Shown one piece after another: positions 49,024 through 58,386 of a stretch of 64,000 bases of DNA. Made by a program: the position numbers and the translations under genes. The stretch is from a virus. The notes under the pieces were generated by a model. It worked only from the letters and a program-made list of their open reading frames with translations, ran no database searches and was not told the origin of the DNA. How positions within the stretch are numbered: position 1 is the stretch's first letter; each line of letters starts with the position of its first letter. Location of the stretch: IMG/VR virus record IMGVR_UViG_3300046804_003780; one strand, 5' to 3'.

Positions 49024-49181
49024 TGCATCACCTTATATCTAGTGCATTTTGGGGCGAAAGGATATTCTCTATAAAAATCTGCCCAACGTTGACACTCACT
49101 CATTGTATCGTATTCTTGTTTATGATACAACTTGGGAGGGTCACTAGAAAGAAGCATTACTGTTAAAACATATATATACAT
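49020..49181 (-). CDS. Small putative exported two-Cys protein, paralogue of 48835..49023
   Basis: Start moved to ATG 49181: MYIYVLTVMLLSSDPPKLYHKQEYDTMSEC...C (53 aa). Confidence 0.55.
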   Translation of the reverse strand: MYIYVLTVMLLSSDPPKLYHKQEYDTMSECQRWADFYREYPFAPKCTRYKVMQ

Positions 49182-49182
49182 A

Positions 49183-49461
49183 TCATCCCCATACCAAAAG
49201 AAAAGCAGTAATTTCTTTTCTATCTTTAAATTTAAACATATCAAATGATATTCTTTTTCCGCATTTAGCCATTTCACACCATTCCTGCACAGGAAGTAAA
49301 TCTTCTTCTCTTAATCCAGTTGGTGTAATAGCTCCATGTGCATATACGAGGTTGGCTCGTAACACTAGACCCTTAACTTTATCCTCTTCCCAAACTAATT
49401 TTTTAGTACGCAGCATCTCTGTCAACTTTTCAATTAATTCATTAGTATCGTCTTGTTTCAT
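49183..49461 (-). CDS. Small protein, F-x-L-x-W C-terminal family
   Basis: Start ATG 49461 (ATGA overlap); ends FKFKDRKEITAFLLVWG. Confidence 0.6.
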   Translation of the reverse strand: MKQDDTNELIEKLTEMLRTKKLVWEEDKVKGLVLRANLVYAHGAITPTGLREEDLLPVQEWCEMAKCGKRISFDMFKFKDRKEITAFLLVWG

Positions 49462-49682
49462 GCCCACTTTAATGTAAACCAAGTTGCATGTGCTTCCTCA
49501 TAAAATATAAACACAGTATGTTCAGGTGCGACATAATCACCACTCCAATCTTGATATTTGGCTTGGTTATATTGAAAATCAAAATCCTTATGTTGAATCA
49601 TTCCAGCCTCACGCATTTCTTTGACTATATCAATAATCTCAGAGGGTTTTTTAAATTTGAGAACAATCTCTATCAACTCCAC
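49458..49682 (-). CDS. Small protein, F-x-L-x-W C-terminal family
   Basis: Ends FIFYEEAHATWFTLKWA. Confidence 0.6.
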   Translation of the reverse strand: MELIEIVLKFKKPSEIIDIVKEMREAGMIQHKDFDFQYNQAKYQDWSGDYVAPEHTVFIFYEEAHATWFTLKWA

Positions 49683-49882
49683 CTCAGCGTAAACAAAATC
49701 AATTCTTCTTCACTTGTAAACTCAATCACTGCTCCTTTAAAAGCAAATTCACCTTTAGATAAATGTTTTGTGCACCAATCTTTTAAGTCATTTTCGTAAT
49801 GCATCCAGTACAAAAAATCTGTTAGGATAATATAGCCGCTTCCATCTTTAAGTGCACCTTTACTTACAATATATGTTTCCAT
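49673..49882 (-). CDS. Small protein, F-x-L-x-W C-terminal family
   Basis: Ends IEFTSEEELILFTLRWS. Confidence 0.6.
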   Translation of the reverse strand: METYIVSKGALKDGSGYIILTDFLYWMHYENDLKDWCTKHLSKGEFAFKGAVIEFTSEEELILFTLRWS

Positions 49883-50575
49883 TTACCATTTTAATTCTTG
49901 TAACAAGGTTTTTACCTCTGTTACTTCGTTTTCTAGTTTTGAAAATTTAATCGCCCACTGTACAGGATTGATATAGTCGTATATCATTTTAATTAAATCT
50001 TCGGATAACTCATCTAAGAACTTTTTTCCACTTTCACTTTGATACAGCACCCATGGACTAATTTTCCCGCTAGTTATTGCATAACATATTTTACTTTTGC
50101 TGCCATAGCGCAAATAATCGTTTGGTTGTATATTTTCAACTTGTGCCAAATCTAAGCACGTTTCAATACTACGATGAACTGCGTCTAGTGGATTTTCTGT
50201 TTTGCAATAGTCAATTAGGTATTCTGTGTATTGTCTATCACTTGTCCAGTTGTCAATTTTTACGTTTTCTCTAAGGTAGTAATCCACTAATCTTGATACG
50301 TTAAGTGCATTTATGTCTACGCAATAGTTTCCAAACTTTACAAATGCTGTATAGTATGCTGATTTTATAAATTCTTCATATTTTTTTTCTTTTTTTGCCG
50401 TGCTGTGTTTTTTATAAAACTGCACGAAACTTTGATATCCAATTTGATTACCTCTTCTGTCACGTTCTAACCAACGATGTTTGTATTCGCAGATGTGTTT
50501 TAACATCGTACTTTCTCTTACAAAAGTACGTTTACAAAATTCACATCCATAATTAATATCCAAGATTTTTTTCAT
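49883..50575 (-). CDS. Hypothetical protein with N-terminal C2HC zinc finger
   Basis: YGCEFCKRTF......KHIC; GKISPW motif. Confidence 0.7.
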   Translation of the reverse strand: MKKILDINYGCEFCKRTFVRESTMLKHICEYKHRWLERDRRGNQIGYQSFVQFYKKHSTAKKEKKYEEFIKSAYYTAFVKFGNYCVDINALNVSRLVDYYLRENVKIDNWTSDRQYTEYLIDYCKTENPLDAVHRSIETCLDLAQVENIQPNDYLRYGSKSKICYAITSGKISPWVLYQSESGKKFLDELSEDLIKMIYDYINPVQWAIKFSKLENEVTEVKTLLQELKW

Positions 50576-51140
50576 ATTCGCTTATTTGTGCATCGGATAT
50601 AATTTCATTCAATGTTTCAATGTCAGAAATTTTCAAATCAGGAAAAAGTTTTGCCAATTTATATTTTCTGTTTTGTATTCTAACAAACTCGCTGCTTATT
50701 TCAGTCAACAAATCGGATTCTGTTTTAGGATATATTTTAGTAAAGTAATCCTGAATTTCTTTTTGTTTTGCCTGTTCAAGTAGCAAAGTATAGTTTCGTT
50801 TAATGTGAGGTATCCATTTATGATATTGCTTACCCATATTTGGACTTACAGTGCATAACATTAACCATTGTAATTTGTTATGTTTAATTATATTCTCGTT
50901 AAACATATGTCTATTGGCAGAGTAATCTGTGTTTTGCAAATAGTATCTTTGTAAATCTGCAACACCTGATACAGTGCTTAACCAATTTAATAACATGAAG
51001 GGGCTAAATCCTTTTTGTTGTTCTACAGTAAGTCTATCAAAAAACCCATAGTCTTTTTTGTCTAATGCAGCTAATGCATCAAACAAAGGAAAGTCTATAT
51101 TTGTAAACTTTTCGTCGGTTGCTAGTTTTTGTTTGGTCAT
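50553..51140 (-). CDS. Probable clamp-loader small subunit (gp62-like)
   Basis: FSPFMLLNWLS (compare the gp62 family Y.PF...R.LS), LQW.ML, H.WI, terminal helices; in the replication cluster. Confidence 0.55.
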   Translation of the reverse strand: MTKQKLATDEKFTNIDFPLFDALAALDKKDYGFFDRLTVEQQKGFSPFMLLNWLSTVSGVADLQRYYLQNTDYSANRHMFNENIIKHNKLQWLMLCTVSPNMGKQYHKWIPHIKRNYTLLLEQAKQKEIQDYFTKIYPKTESDLLTEISSEFVRIQNRKYKLAKLFPDLKISDIETLNEIISDAQISEYEKNLGY

Positions 51141-51640
51141 TAAAATGCTTGTTTGTAGTCAACAATTTCACAATTTCTGCTTACTTCTTTTACAAAATAT
51201 ACACATCTAGGTTTTTCATTATCCTCAATAGGCACACATAAGAATTGACCATTTTTTAATCTAGGTGCATACCAAACTACATCATGATATATATCCATTA
51301 CTTCTATGTCACAGAATGTGGGTTTAAAACTACTCAATGGATTAAATTCAAATGCCTTAAATCCTCTATCATTTATACTTGTAAGAGGTAACGTTTCTAA
51401 ATCACCAAGTTCAGGTTCTCCTATTAGGATTTGCCATTCTACAGGCATCTTTATAATTTTATTGTCAATTCGTAAAACAAGTGCTGGACTATTAAAGCTT
51501 TCTAAAAAAATTAAAGGTATATAGTGATAATCAACATTTGCAGGATTACTGTTGTCCAATATTGCAAAACGTAAATCATCAATTTCATCTGGTAATGTTT
51601 CTAAATTATATACTAAATTGTCTAAGGTTAATATTTTCAT
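51140..51640 (-). CDS. Hypothetical beta-rich protein, possibly inactive Hint fold
   Basis: 166-aa ORF downstream of uvsW; strand pattern parallels Hint blocks but lacks the catalytic residues. Confidence 0.55.
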   Translation of the reverse strand: MKILTLDNLVYNLETLPDEIDDLRFAILDNSNPANVDYHYIPLIFLESFNSPALVLRIDNKIIKMPVEWQILIGEPELGDLETLPLTSINDRGFKAFEFNPLSSFKPTFCDIEVMDIYHDVVWYAPRLKNGQFLCVPIEDNEKPRCVYFVKEVSRNCEIVDYKQAF

Positions 51641-51652
51641 GTTGTTATTATA

Positions 51653-53110
51653 TCACTTATAGTCTAACTTTTCTATACTAAACGGATAGTTAGCCTCACG
51701 ATAAAATTCTTTACGTTTAGTTAGATGCCTTTTCGCAAATTTACAGGAACTTGTTATGTCCCATATTTGGACGAAATCTTTATCTTCAGCCTTTCTGATA
51801 CCTCTACCAATCGATTGTATAACCCGAACGAAGCTTTTTCCAGGTTCAACAAGAACAAGGTTAAAGATACGGGGTATATTAATACCCACAGCAGCAACAC
51901 CGTAAGTCGCAACAGCGACCTTATCATCACTCGTTGCAAAGTCATCATATTCTTCCTTCCTTTCTGTAAGTTTTGTTTCACCTGAGACAAATACACTACC
52001 GGGTAGTCTTTCGACTAATTCTTTTCCTGCATTCACTCTATCAACAAGTACAAGTGTATTACCAGTTTCTTTTACATTTAGTACTAGTTGAGCAATAGTA
52101 TCTAGTCTTTTTTTATCCTCAAGTAAATGCTTTAACTCACTTTGATAATTACTAAATTCTACATGATCCTGTAGTTGAACAATGTTAACGTGACAATTAG
52201 CAAGTACTCCACGATCTTGTAACTCGCTAGCAGCAAGTTTATTAATAACAGGACCAATGCTTACAAACAATGATTGACTGCTAAACAATTCTTTTGGTAT
52301 AGTACCTGTAAGTCCCCAACGTATTGGAACATTGGCAAACAAACCTGTAAGCATTGTTTTGAGTACATCTGCTTTAGCTTGATGCACTTCATCAATGATT
52401 ACACAAATTAAATCTTCCATAAATGTTTGTAATTTTTCTACATTGTTTATGTCATCTTTGTTTTTAATTAGGTAGTTTAGGCTTTGCCAAGTACAGATTG
52501 TATGTGTACGTCCTAATTCTTTTCTATCTCCAAAGTATACGCCCACATCTAACCCAAGATTAATATAATCTGTTTCTGTTTGTACAACAAGACTTTTATT
52601 TGGTACAATAACTATGCTTCTACCATACTGTTCTACACTGTGGCTAAGTGCGGCGGTCATTATTGTTTTACCTGCACCAGTTGCTACTTCTTGTAAGCAT
52701 TGCGGGTTCGATAGGAAACTGTTAATTATTTCAATTTGATAGTCACGCAACAATATTGGTTGACCCTCCATTATATGACCTTTAGGCCATACTTTATTAG
52801 AAAAGGTATCTTCGGACACTTGCGCAAAGTTAAATGAATATGATATTGTACGCAAATCATTTAATTCAATGTCATATCCCATTTTATCAACATAGGGTAT
52901 GATTTGATCAAGTAAATTTATAAAAGTGCTACCACCTAAACTAAAGTAACTTACTTTCCCGTTCCAACGGCCTAATCTAACCGCTGGAAGATATCTAGCT
53001 CCAGGTACCTCATACTCAAACATCTTCATTAGTGACTTACGTTCTACCAACTCAAGTCCTTCTAATTTGCAGTTTACCTCATCTTTTATAATTATTTTAC
53101 ATGGTTTCAT
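51653..53110 (-). CDS. uvsW: UvsW SF2 DNA helicase
   Basis: LRDYQ, ATGAGKT, DEVH, GLTGT, ATYG...VGINIP, QSIGRGIR; W.GK N-terminal motif. Confidence 0.93.
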   Translation of the reverse strand: MKPCKIIIKDEVNCKLEGLELVERKSLMKMFEYEVPGARYLPAVRLGRWNGKVSYFSLGGSTFINLLDQIIPYVDKMGYDIELNDLRTISYSFNFAQVSEDTFSNKVWPKGHIMEGQPILLRDYQIEIINSFLSNPQCLQEVATGAGKTIMTAALSHSVEQYGRSIVIVPNKSLVVQTETDYINLGLDVGVYFGDRKELGRTHTICTWQSLNYLIKNKDDINNVEKLQTFMEDLICVIIDEVHQAKADVLKTMLTGLFANVPIRWGLTGTIPKELFSSQSLFVSIGPVINKLAASELQDRGVLANCHVNIVQLQDHVEFSNYQSELKHLLEDKKRLDTIAQLVLNVKETGNTLVLVDRVNAGKELVERLPGSVFVSGETKLTERKEEYDDFATSDDKVAVATYGVAAVGINIPRIFNLVLVEPGKSFVRVIQSIGRGIRKAEDKDFVQIWDITSSCKFAKRHLTKRKEFYREANYPFSIEKLDYK

Positions 53111-54144
53111 TTTAATTCTATAGGGTTAGAGTTTACTAAATTTATAATTTTAGCAGCATGATAACTTGCTGGGCCTGCAAAAGTATATGATGACATTGAC
53201 TTTATAAGCACAGGCATTTTATATTTTTTATTTGTCATAGAAATTCTGTGTTTATTCGTTGTTTCAATGGGAAAATTTACAAATTCAGAAAGAATTTTAT
53301 CGTATTGGTAATTATCTTTTGTTGCGTACATAGTAGATGAATGAAGTGCGTAGTCACAATTTATTCGATTCAATTTTGATGCTAGTCCCTCTACATCAGT
53401 AACCTCATGTAACGAATCCCGATAGATAGCAAAGTTTAAATCTTCCAAGGAATACACTTTTAATAATTCGTGTTTTAAACTTTCACTTACACTAATACCA
53501 AATGAACATATCAAAGCCAGTGTACTTAATTCTGTATTTAATTCTATGTCTTGAATTGCTTTTTCTAATTGTTCATTTAAATTAAAAATGTAAAGCCTGC
53601 CATTGCAACTTGTTAAAGTTGGTTCCCAGCATTTGTTTTCATCAAATGAATAAATTTGCGTAATTATGTCATGCACGGCAGGACAAAATTGAATATCATT
53701 GTAGTGTTTTATAACACATTGAAATGCTATTTTAAGTTTATATAAACCAAATTCTGTATTGTAGTACCTTTCATCTCTATTCCAAACCATTATAGAATGA
53801 TCTCTAAATTCTTGAACAAATGCTTGTTTAAACGGACACCGTAGTATTAATTGATCGCCCTCTATACTAAAGTGTGCGTGAGTAAATTCAGGACTTGTAG
53901 GTATAACTTTAAGTGTCCAAGGCAATTCGGCAAGTTGATTTGCGTCAAGTTTATGCAGTGCTAATTGTTTGTTATATTTCTTAACTACTTTTGTGAATAG
54001 TGCAGCCTGATTACTTGTAATTGGCTTTCTTGTTAAAACATTAAGCAGTTGTAAATTGTAAAAAAACTTTTGGTCATAGCGAGATAGACTACAATGATTT
54101 AACATTAAGTCCAAAACTTCTTCCGCATTCAATAGTTTATACAT
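53107..54144 (-). CDS. Hypothetical protein
   Basis: Start moved to ATG 54144; ATGA overlap with uvsW. Confidence 0.65.
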   Translation of the reverse strand: MYKLLNAEEVLDLMLNHCSLSRYDQKFFYNLQLLNVLTRKPITSNQAALFTKVVKKYNKQLALHKLDANQLAELPWTLKVIPTSPEFTHAHFSIEGDQLILRCPFKQAFVQEFRDHSIMVWNRDERYYNTEFGLYKLKIAFQCVIKHYNDIQFCPAVHDIITQIYSFDENKCWEPTLTSCNGRLYIFNLNEQLEKAIQDIELNTELSTLALICSFGISVSESLKHELLKVYSLEDLNFAIYRDSLHEVTDVEGLASKLNRINCDYALHSSTMYATKDNYQYDKILSEFVNFPIETTNKHRISMTNKKYKMPVLIKSMSSYTFAGPASYHAAKIINLVNSNPIELK

Positions 54145-54150
54145 ACCAAT

Positions 54151-54179
54151 ATTATAACTTAAAGCAAAACTTAATACAA
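54151..54179 (-). promoter_or_regulatory. Sigma70-type promoter, predicted leaderless
   Basis: TTGTAT-N17-TATAAT-N6-ATG. Confidence 0.7.
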
Positions 54180-54190
54180 TTAAAATGGCT

Positions 54191-54213
54191 AATGGGAGCA
54201 AAATGCTCCCATT
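54191..54213 (-). terminator. Hairpin/putative terminator after the AAA ATPase gene
   Basis: AATGGGAGCA-TTT-TGCTCCCATT, 10-bp stem; U tract is weak. Confidence 0.55.
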
Positions 54214-54229
54214 GCCTAGTTGAAAAATC

Positions 54230-55261
54230 TTAACTACGTTTCATACATGTAGTGCTTGCAAGTGTTTTCCAGTTCGGGCTGATCTTTACCAAATCAGCAA
54301 TTTTCAAGCACATACGCAGACTAAGTTCATGTAACTTGTTTTTGTTGTCTTGCATAAAACTAAAAATTTCTTCTGCAATACCCTCTTCAAAATTGTAATC
54401 ACGAAACAGACCACCATCACTATCACGGTGCACCTGCTTGATACGCAACATCTTATCACGCTCAGTGTCAATAGTCAAATCAAGAAAGTGACAGCGACTT
54501 TGCAATGCCTCGAGGTGATCTTGCAATTTTTTAGACTTCACATTCTCAAATTTCAAGTTTGTGATGAAGATAGCAGAACCCTCAAAGTTAAACTGATCAG
54601 GGATGCCCTCACGGCGCAGCATAGAACTATCACTGTTCCAACAGATACGGCGACGTTTGCCCGAATCAAGTGCTGCCTTAAGAATGTTTAGTGAGAGTTC
54701 ATCTTGAAATACACTATCGCAGTCATCGAACACCAATACATTTTTCTTGTCAGAGTATTTGTACAATTGTGCGTACAAGCCCAGTGCAGTCATTGCACCT
54801 TTTACAACTTCATAACGAACACGCTTGCCAGCAAGTTTGTCAAACATACTAGCCTTTTCCAGTTGAGTTTCAACTCCGAAACTCTTACCTACACCTGGAG
54901 GACCTGATACAATCATAGCCCGAATATCACTATTAATTGCAGCCTTTGTCATTTCATCAAGAACTGCAAAACGGGTAGCAATGCGATCCATTGCTTCTTC
55001 ATCAGTTTCAGTTTGTTTAACTTCTTTTGCTTTAAATGCTACAGAATTTGTCACGTTAGGTTCTCCATCAATAAATGTAATATCGTTAATAGAATTAATT
55101 TTTACTTTGACAACATCAATTGCAATGTCAAATTGACCATCATTTTTTACAGTAATATAGTTACCTTTTTTACCTGTCTGAAAATCTTTGACAAGTGTAA
55201 ATTCTTGATTGATCACAGGCTTGTTGCGATATTCGCCGAATTTGACAAGTACTGTAGTCAT
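54230..55261 (-). CDS. AAA+ ATPase
   Basis: Walker A GPPGVGKS, Walker B VLVFDDCD, LKAALD, IFITN, ALQSR arginine finger. Confidence 0.88.
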   Translation of the reverse strand: MTTVLVKFGEYRNKPVINQEFTLVKDFQTGKKGNYITVKNDGQFDIAIDVVKVKINSINDITFIDGEPNVTNSVAFKAKEVKQTETDEEAMDRIATRFAVLDEMTKAAINSDIRAMIVSGPPGVGKSFGVETQLEKASMFDKLAGKRVRYEVVKGAMTALGLYAQLYKYSDKKNVLVFDDCDSVFQDELSLNILKAALDSGKRRRICWNSDSSMLRREGIPDQFNFEGSAIFITNLKFENVKSKKLQDHLEALQSRCHFLDLTIDTERDKMLRIKQVHRDSDGGLFRDYNFEEGIAEEIFSFMQDNKNKLHELSLRMCLKIADLVKISPNWKTLASTTCMKRS

Positions 55262-55291
55262 ATAAGCTCCTAATTATCAATTTATGTGATG

Positions 55292-55320
55292 ATTATACAG
55301 AATAACAGATTATTTGTCAA
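55292..55320 (-). promoter_or_regulatory. Consensus sigma70 early promoter
   Basis: TTGACA-N17-TATAAT. Confidence 0.88.
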
Positions 55321-55606
55321 GTGTTGCAATTGCTCTAATGTAAGTATTTCCACCTGAACGGTGATAAAAATTTGTTTCGCTTGTTGTCAATTTAACAGGA
55401 CTATCATATCCTAAATCTTGATAGATTTGTTTAAGTGTTGCTAAAATTGCAACAGCTTTTAAATCGGATATCATAAATGAAACACTACGACGATTCTTGT
55501 CAAATTTAGAAGTCTTGTCAGTCCAGCAACCTGAATATCTTGCATTATTGACATCTAGTGCAATTTTGATAAGTTTTCTTGCTGTTTTTGTATTGGGGGT
55601 ATTCAT
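55310..55606 (-). CDS. Small early hypothetical protein
   Basis: Start ATG 55606 with AAGGAG RBS, after a sigma70 promoter. Confidence 0.65.
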   Translation of the reverse strand: MNTPNTKTARKLIKIALDVNNARYSGCWTDKTSKFDKNRRSVSFMISDLKAVAILATLKQIYQDLGYDSPVKLTTSETNFYHRSGGNTYIRAIATLDK

Positions 55607-55636
55607 ATGTAGCTCCTTGTTATTCACTATAACCAT

Positions 55637-55665
55637 AGTATATACCCAAAAACATTTATTGTCAA
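55637..55665 (-). promoter_or_regulatory. Sigma70 early promoter
   Basis: TTGACA-N17-TATACT. Confidence 0.82.
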
Positions 55666-56324
55666 TGTTTCAAAAATAGCAATCTAGGGTTGCAAATTTT
55701 ACAATAATTTAAATCATCTTTTGTTACACTGAGAAATTTACCACTTAGTGTAACAGTACCAAATTCACAAATAGAATTGAACAACTCCAATAAATCGTTT
55801 TCTTTATAAATTTGGATGTTGTATAAGTTTCTGTTTTCATCATGAAACCAAAAAGTATATGAGGCTGTTGACTTTGCACTTCTATACAGTTTAGTTAAGA
55901 AGTTTAATTTTTTAACTCCAATACTTGTTTCGACTTTTTCATTATTGGAATCTAGCCGCAGTTTGTCTATTTCCAAATCATAGAAATAAAACTCAGGCAA
56001 TTTATAAATCATACCCATATAATTTTCTGGATAGGTGTCTGTGTAGCCTTTGCTTATATAATCTGACAAATCCTGCCTAAACTTACTTAATGGTTTTCCC
56101 TTTAATGATCTTACCATTAATTTTTTACTGTAATACTCACGAATAAGATTAGCCAAATCATAGTCTGCTTGGATAACAGCAGATCCAGTACCGAACTCTC
56201 TAGCTTTATAGTTGGAACAACTGATAGCAAGGCTATCTACAGGATCCCTACGCATGGTATTTTTTTCATTAAACTCAATTTCTTTAAAAATATCGTCTAA
56301 AGATGATATAGTGTATCCACTCAT
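55662..56324 (-). CDS. Hypothetical protein
   Basis: 220-aa ORF, ATGA overlap with uvsY. Confidence 0.65.
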   Translation of the reverse strand: MSGYTISSLDDIFKEIEFNEKNTMRRDPVDSLAISCSNYKAREFGTGSAVIQADYDLANLIREYYSKKLMVRSLKGKPLSKFRQDLSDYISKGYTDTYPENYMGMIYKLPEFYFYDLEIDKLRLDSNNEKVETSIGVKKLNFLTKLYRSAKSTASYTFWFHDENRNLYNIQIYKENDLLELFNSICEFGTVTLSGKFLSVTKDDLNYCKICNPRLLFLKH

Positions 56325-56776
56325 AATGATATATCTTCCATTCCAGCAGTGCGTAGTTTAACAACATGTCCCATTTGCCATTGTTTAGCATCAAGACCCT
56401 TTAATATTCCTAACCAGCGGTTGCGCAGTAATGCAACTTCATTTATGATTGTTTCAAAATCAATTACTTCTTCTTCTCCATCAACATACTTTTCAGCATC
56501 GCGGCTTGTTAGTACTCTATTGTATGATTCTAAATATTTTTGAAAATGTTTACGACGAATTTTGCGTAATTGGATATTTAAATAATTTAACACAGCCTCA
56601 ATCTCTTGAAGCTGGTTAAATCGTTGCTCAGTAATACCAGGCAATGCTGCAATGTTTTTTTCTAAGTTACCAAAAATTCTAACATCATTTTTAGCCTTAA
56701 GTAATTCATCTTCATAATGCAATATAAAGTCTGGTATTACAGATAAATCAGTTGAAATTTTGGTATACCAAGTCAT
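56321..56776 (-). CDS. uvsY: UvsY recombination mediator
   Basis: All-helical ~150 aa, RDAEKYVDGE, LKGLDAKQWQ...VKLR.AG; two genes downstream of uvsX. Confidence 0.8.
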   Translation of the reverse strand: MTWYTKISTDLSVIPDFILHYEDELLKAKNDVRIFGNLEKNIAALPGITEQRFNQLQEIEAVLNYLNIQLRKIRRKHFQKYLESYNRVLTSRDAEKYVDGEEEVIDFETIINEVALLRNRWLGILKGLDAKQWQMGHVVKLRTAGMEDISL

Positions 56777-56787
56777 AATGTTCCTAT

Positions 56788-57045
56788 TTAATAACGTTCG
56801 TAATCGTCATCGTAATCATCATACTCATCCTCATCATCGTCATGCAGTGTTTGATCATCGTAAAATAAAAGTGCTTTAGCAATATCTTTATCGCCTCTAA
56901 ACTCTGTTTTAATATCTGTTGCCTCGTAATTATTTTCCATTAAATAGTTTACAAGTGTTTCGGCTGCTTCTTTACGTTCGTTTAAATCTATATGCAATCG
57001 TAATGCTTCCCAAACTTCTGCAATGGTATCTAATTGACTTGTCAT
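56788..57045 (-). CDS. Small protein with acidic tail
   Basis: 85 aa ending DDDEDEYDDYDDDYERY; lies between uvsX and uvsY. Confidence 0.65.
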   Translation of the reverse strand: MTSQLDTIAEVWEALRLHIDLNERKEAAETLVNYLMENNYEATDIKTEFRGDKDIAKALLFYDDQTLHDDDEDEYDDYDDDYERY

Positions 57046-58109
57046 GTTGCTTCCTCCTCAATATCAGCAACAGTACTTAGCTTATTTGTTTGTTTTTTGC
57101 TAAACTCTACCATTACTTTATCGAGGCATCCGTTTTCATTCGTTTCCCAACCTTTACGGAAAAACTTTAATACTTCGCCATCATTTGTTGTATAAGCAAG
57201 ACGATTACCTTCTTTATTAAGTAATCCTACCTTTTCAAACAAATCAAGTAATCCACTGTATGGATTCATACCTGTTGAATATGGAATCTTTACTTGTACG
57301 CTTTCAAATGGTTTTGCATAGCGAGTTTTCATTACCTTACATGCGCTGCGGATACCTAATACATCAGTGACCTTATTACCATCTTCATCTTCTTTTAATT
57401 TCAATTTACGCATTGCAACAACAATCGAGCTTGCATAGATAAAGCCTTGACCACCTGAAATTTTATCATCTGGATCGAACATATCCTGACTTGCATATGT
57501 ATGATTAGTTGCAACTAAACCAACATTATGACTACCGAACATGTTTACACAATTTCTTACTAAAGCAGTCAGTGCTTTAGGCTTACGTCCCATATCGCCT
57601 TTCATGTCGCCTGCATCAAACTGATTTACATCAGTAGGGGTTAACAACATACCAAGACTGTCTATAACAAACATCACCTTTGGTCTATCTTCCATTGGTT
57701 GTGTTTTATAATCAGCCATAAATTTACTGATAGTTTTTGCCACATCATCAATCATGGCCATATTTAATTTTAACAATTTATCTTCGCTTGTGTCAACACC
57801 TAAGGCTCTTAACCAATCTTCGTCGAGAGCATTTTCCGAATCAACAAGTACCACAAAGATACCTTGTTGCTGAGCATGGCGTACCAAGTTGCCAGAACAG
57901 ATGTAACTCTTTCCGGAACCAGATTCGCCAGCAAATACAGTGACTTTGCCAAGAGGAACGCCTTTGCTAAAATCACCGCTAATAAGATAATTGAGTGCAT
58001 AATTTCCTGTACTAACCCAGTCAGTTGGGTCATTAAATCCTATACTAAGCCCATCAATAGACTTAGTAATTTCTTTTCTAAATTTACTTACATCAAATGG
58101 TTTAACCAA
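57042..58109 (-). CDS. uvsX: UvsX/RecA-like recombinase
   Basis: STG.YALN..ISG, GESGSGKS, DSENA, VIDSLG, NHTY, SGG.G..YASS, KTRY.KPF; TTG start with AGGAG RBS. Confidence 0.95.
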   Translation of the reverse strand: MVKPFDVSKFRKEITKSIDGLSIGFNDPTDWVSTGNYALNYLISGDFSKGVPLGKVTVFAGESGSGKSYICSGNLVRHAQQQGIFVVLVDSENALDEDWLRALGVDTSEDKLLKLNMAMIDDVAKTISKFMADYKTQPMEDRPKVMFVIDSLGMLLTPTDVNQFDAGDMKGDMGRKPKALTALVRNCVNMFGSHNVGLVATNHTYASQDMFDPDDKISGGQGFIYASSIVVAMRKLKLKEDEDGNKVTDVLGIRSACKVMKTRYAKPFESVQVKIPYSTGMNPYSGLLDLFEKVGLLNKEGNRLAYTTNDGEVLKFFRKGWETNENGCLDKVMVEFSKKQTNKLSTVADIEEEAT

Positions 58110-58121
58110 AATAGTCTCCTA

Positions 58122-58346
58122 TCATTTTGTCATACGATACACGCCATTAGTCTTTTTGTCAATAATTTCAGGGCAACGTTCAGCCATTAAATCAATATCC
58201 CAATCATTAGGAAAATGTCTTAATGCTGCTCTTGCTCTATCTCTAACAATGCTAGGAACTCTGGGCGTTTTACCAGGATCACAAAGTTCCTCAAGCAATT
58301 TTTTTCCTTGCTTCATGGCTAGGTATCTTTCATCAGGTAGTGTCAT
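58122..58346 (-). CDS. Small conserved protein (BPSL0761-like)
   Basis: MTLPDERY.A......L..L....TPRVP...R..A...LRHFP; start 58346 with AAGGAG RBS. Confidence 0.6.
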   Translation of the reverse strand: MTLPDERYLAMKQGKKLLEELCDPGKTPRVPSIVRDRARAALRHFPNDWDIDLMAERCPEIIDKKTNGVYRMTK

Positions 58347-58360
58347 AATTATTCTCCTTA

Positions 58361-58386
58361 GGTAGGGAACGGTAGTGTTCCCTACC
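58361..58386 (-). other. Intercistronic 10-bp hairpin after gp32
   Basis: GGTAGGGAAC-N6-GTTCCCTACC; abuts the next RBS; no U tract. Confidence 0.7.
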
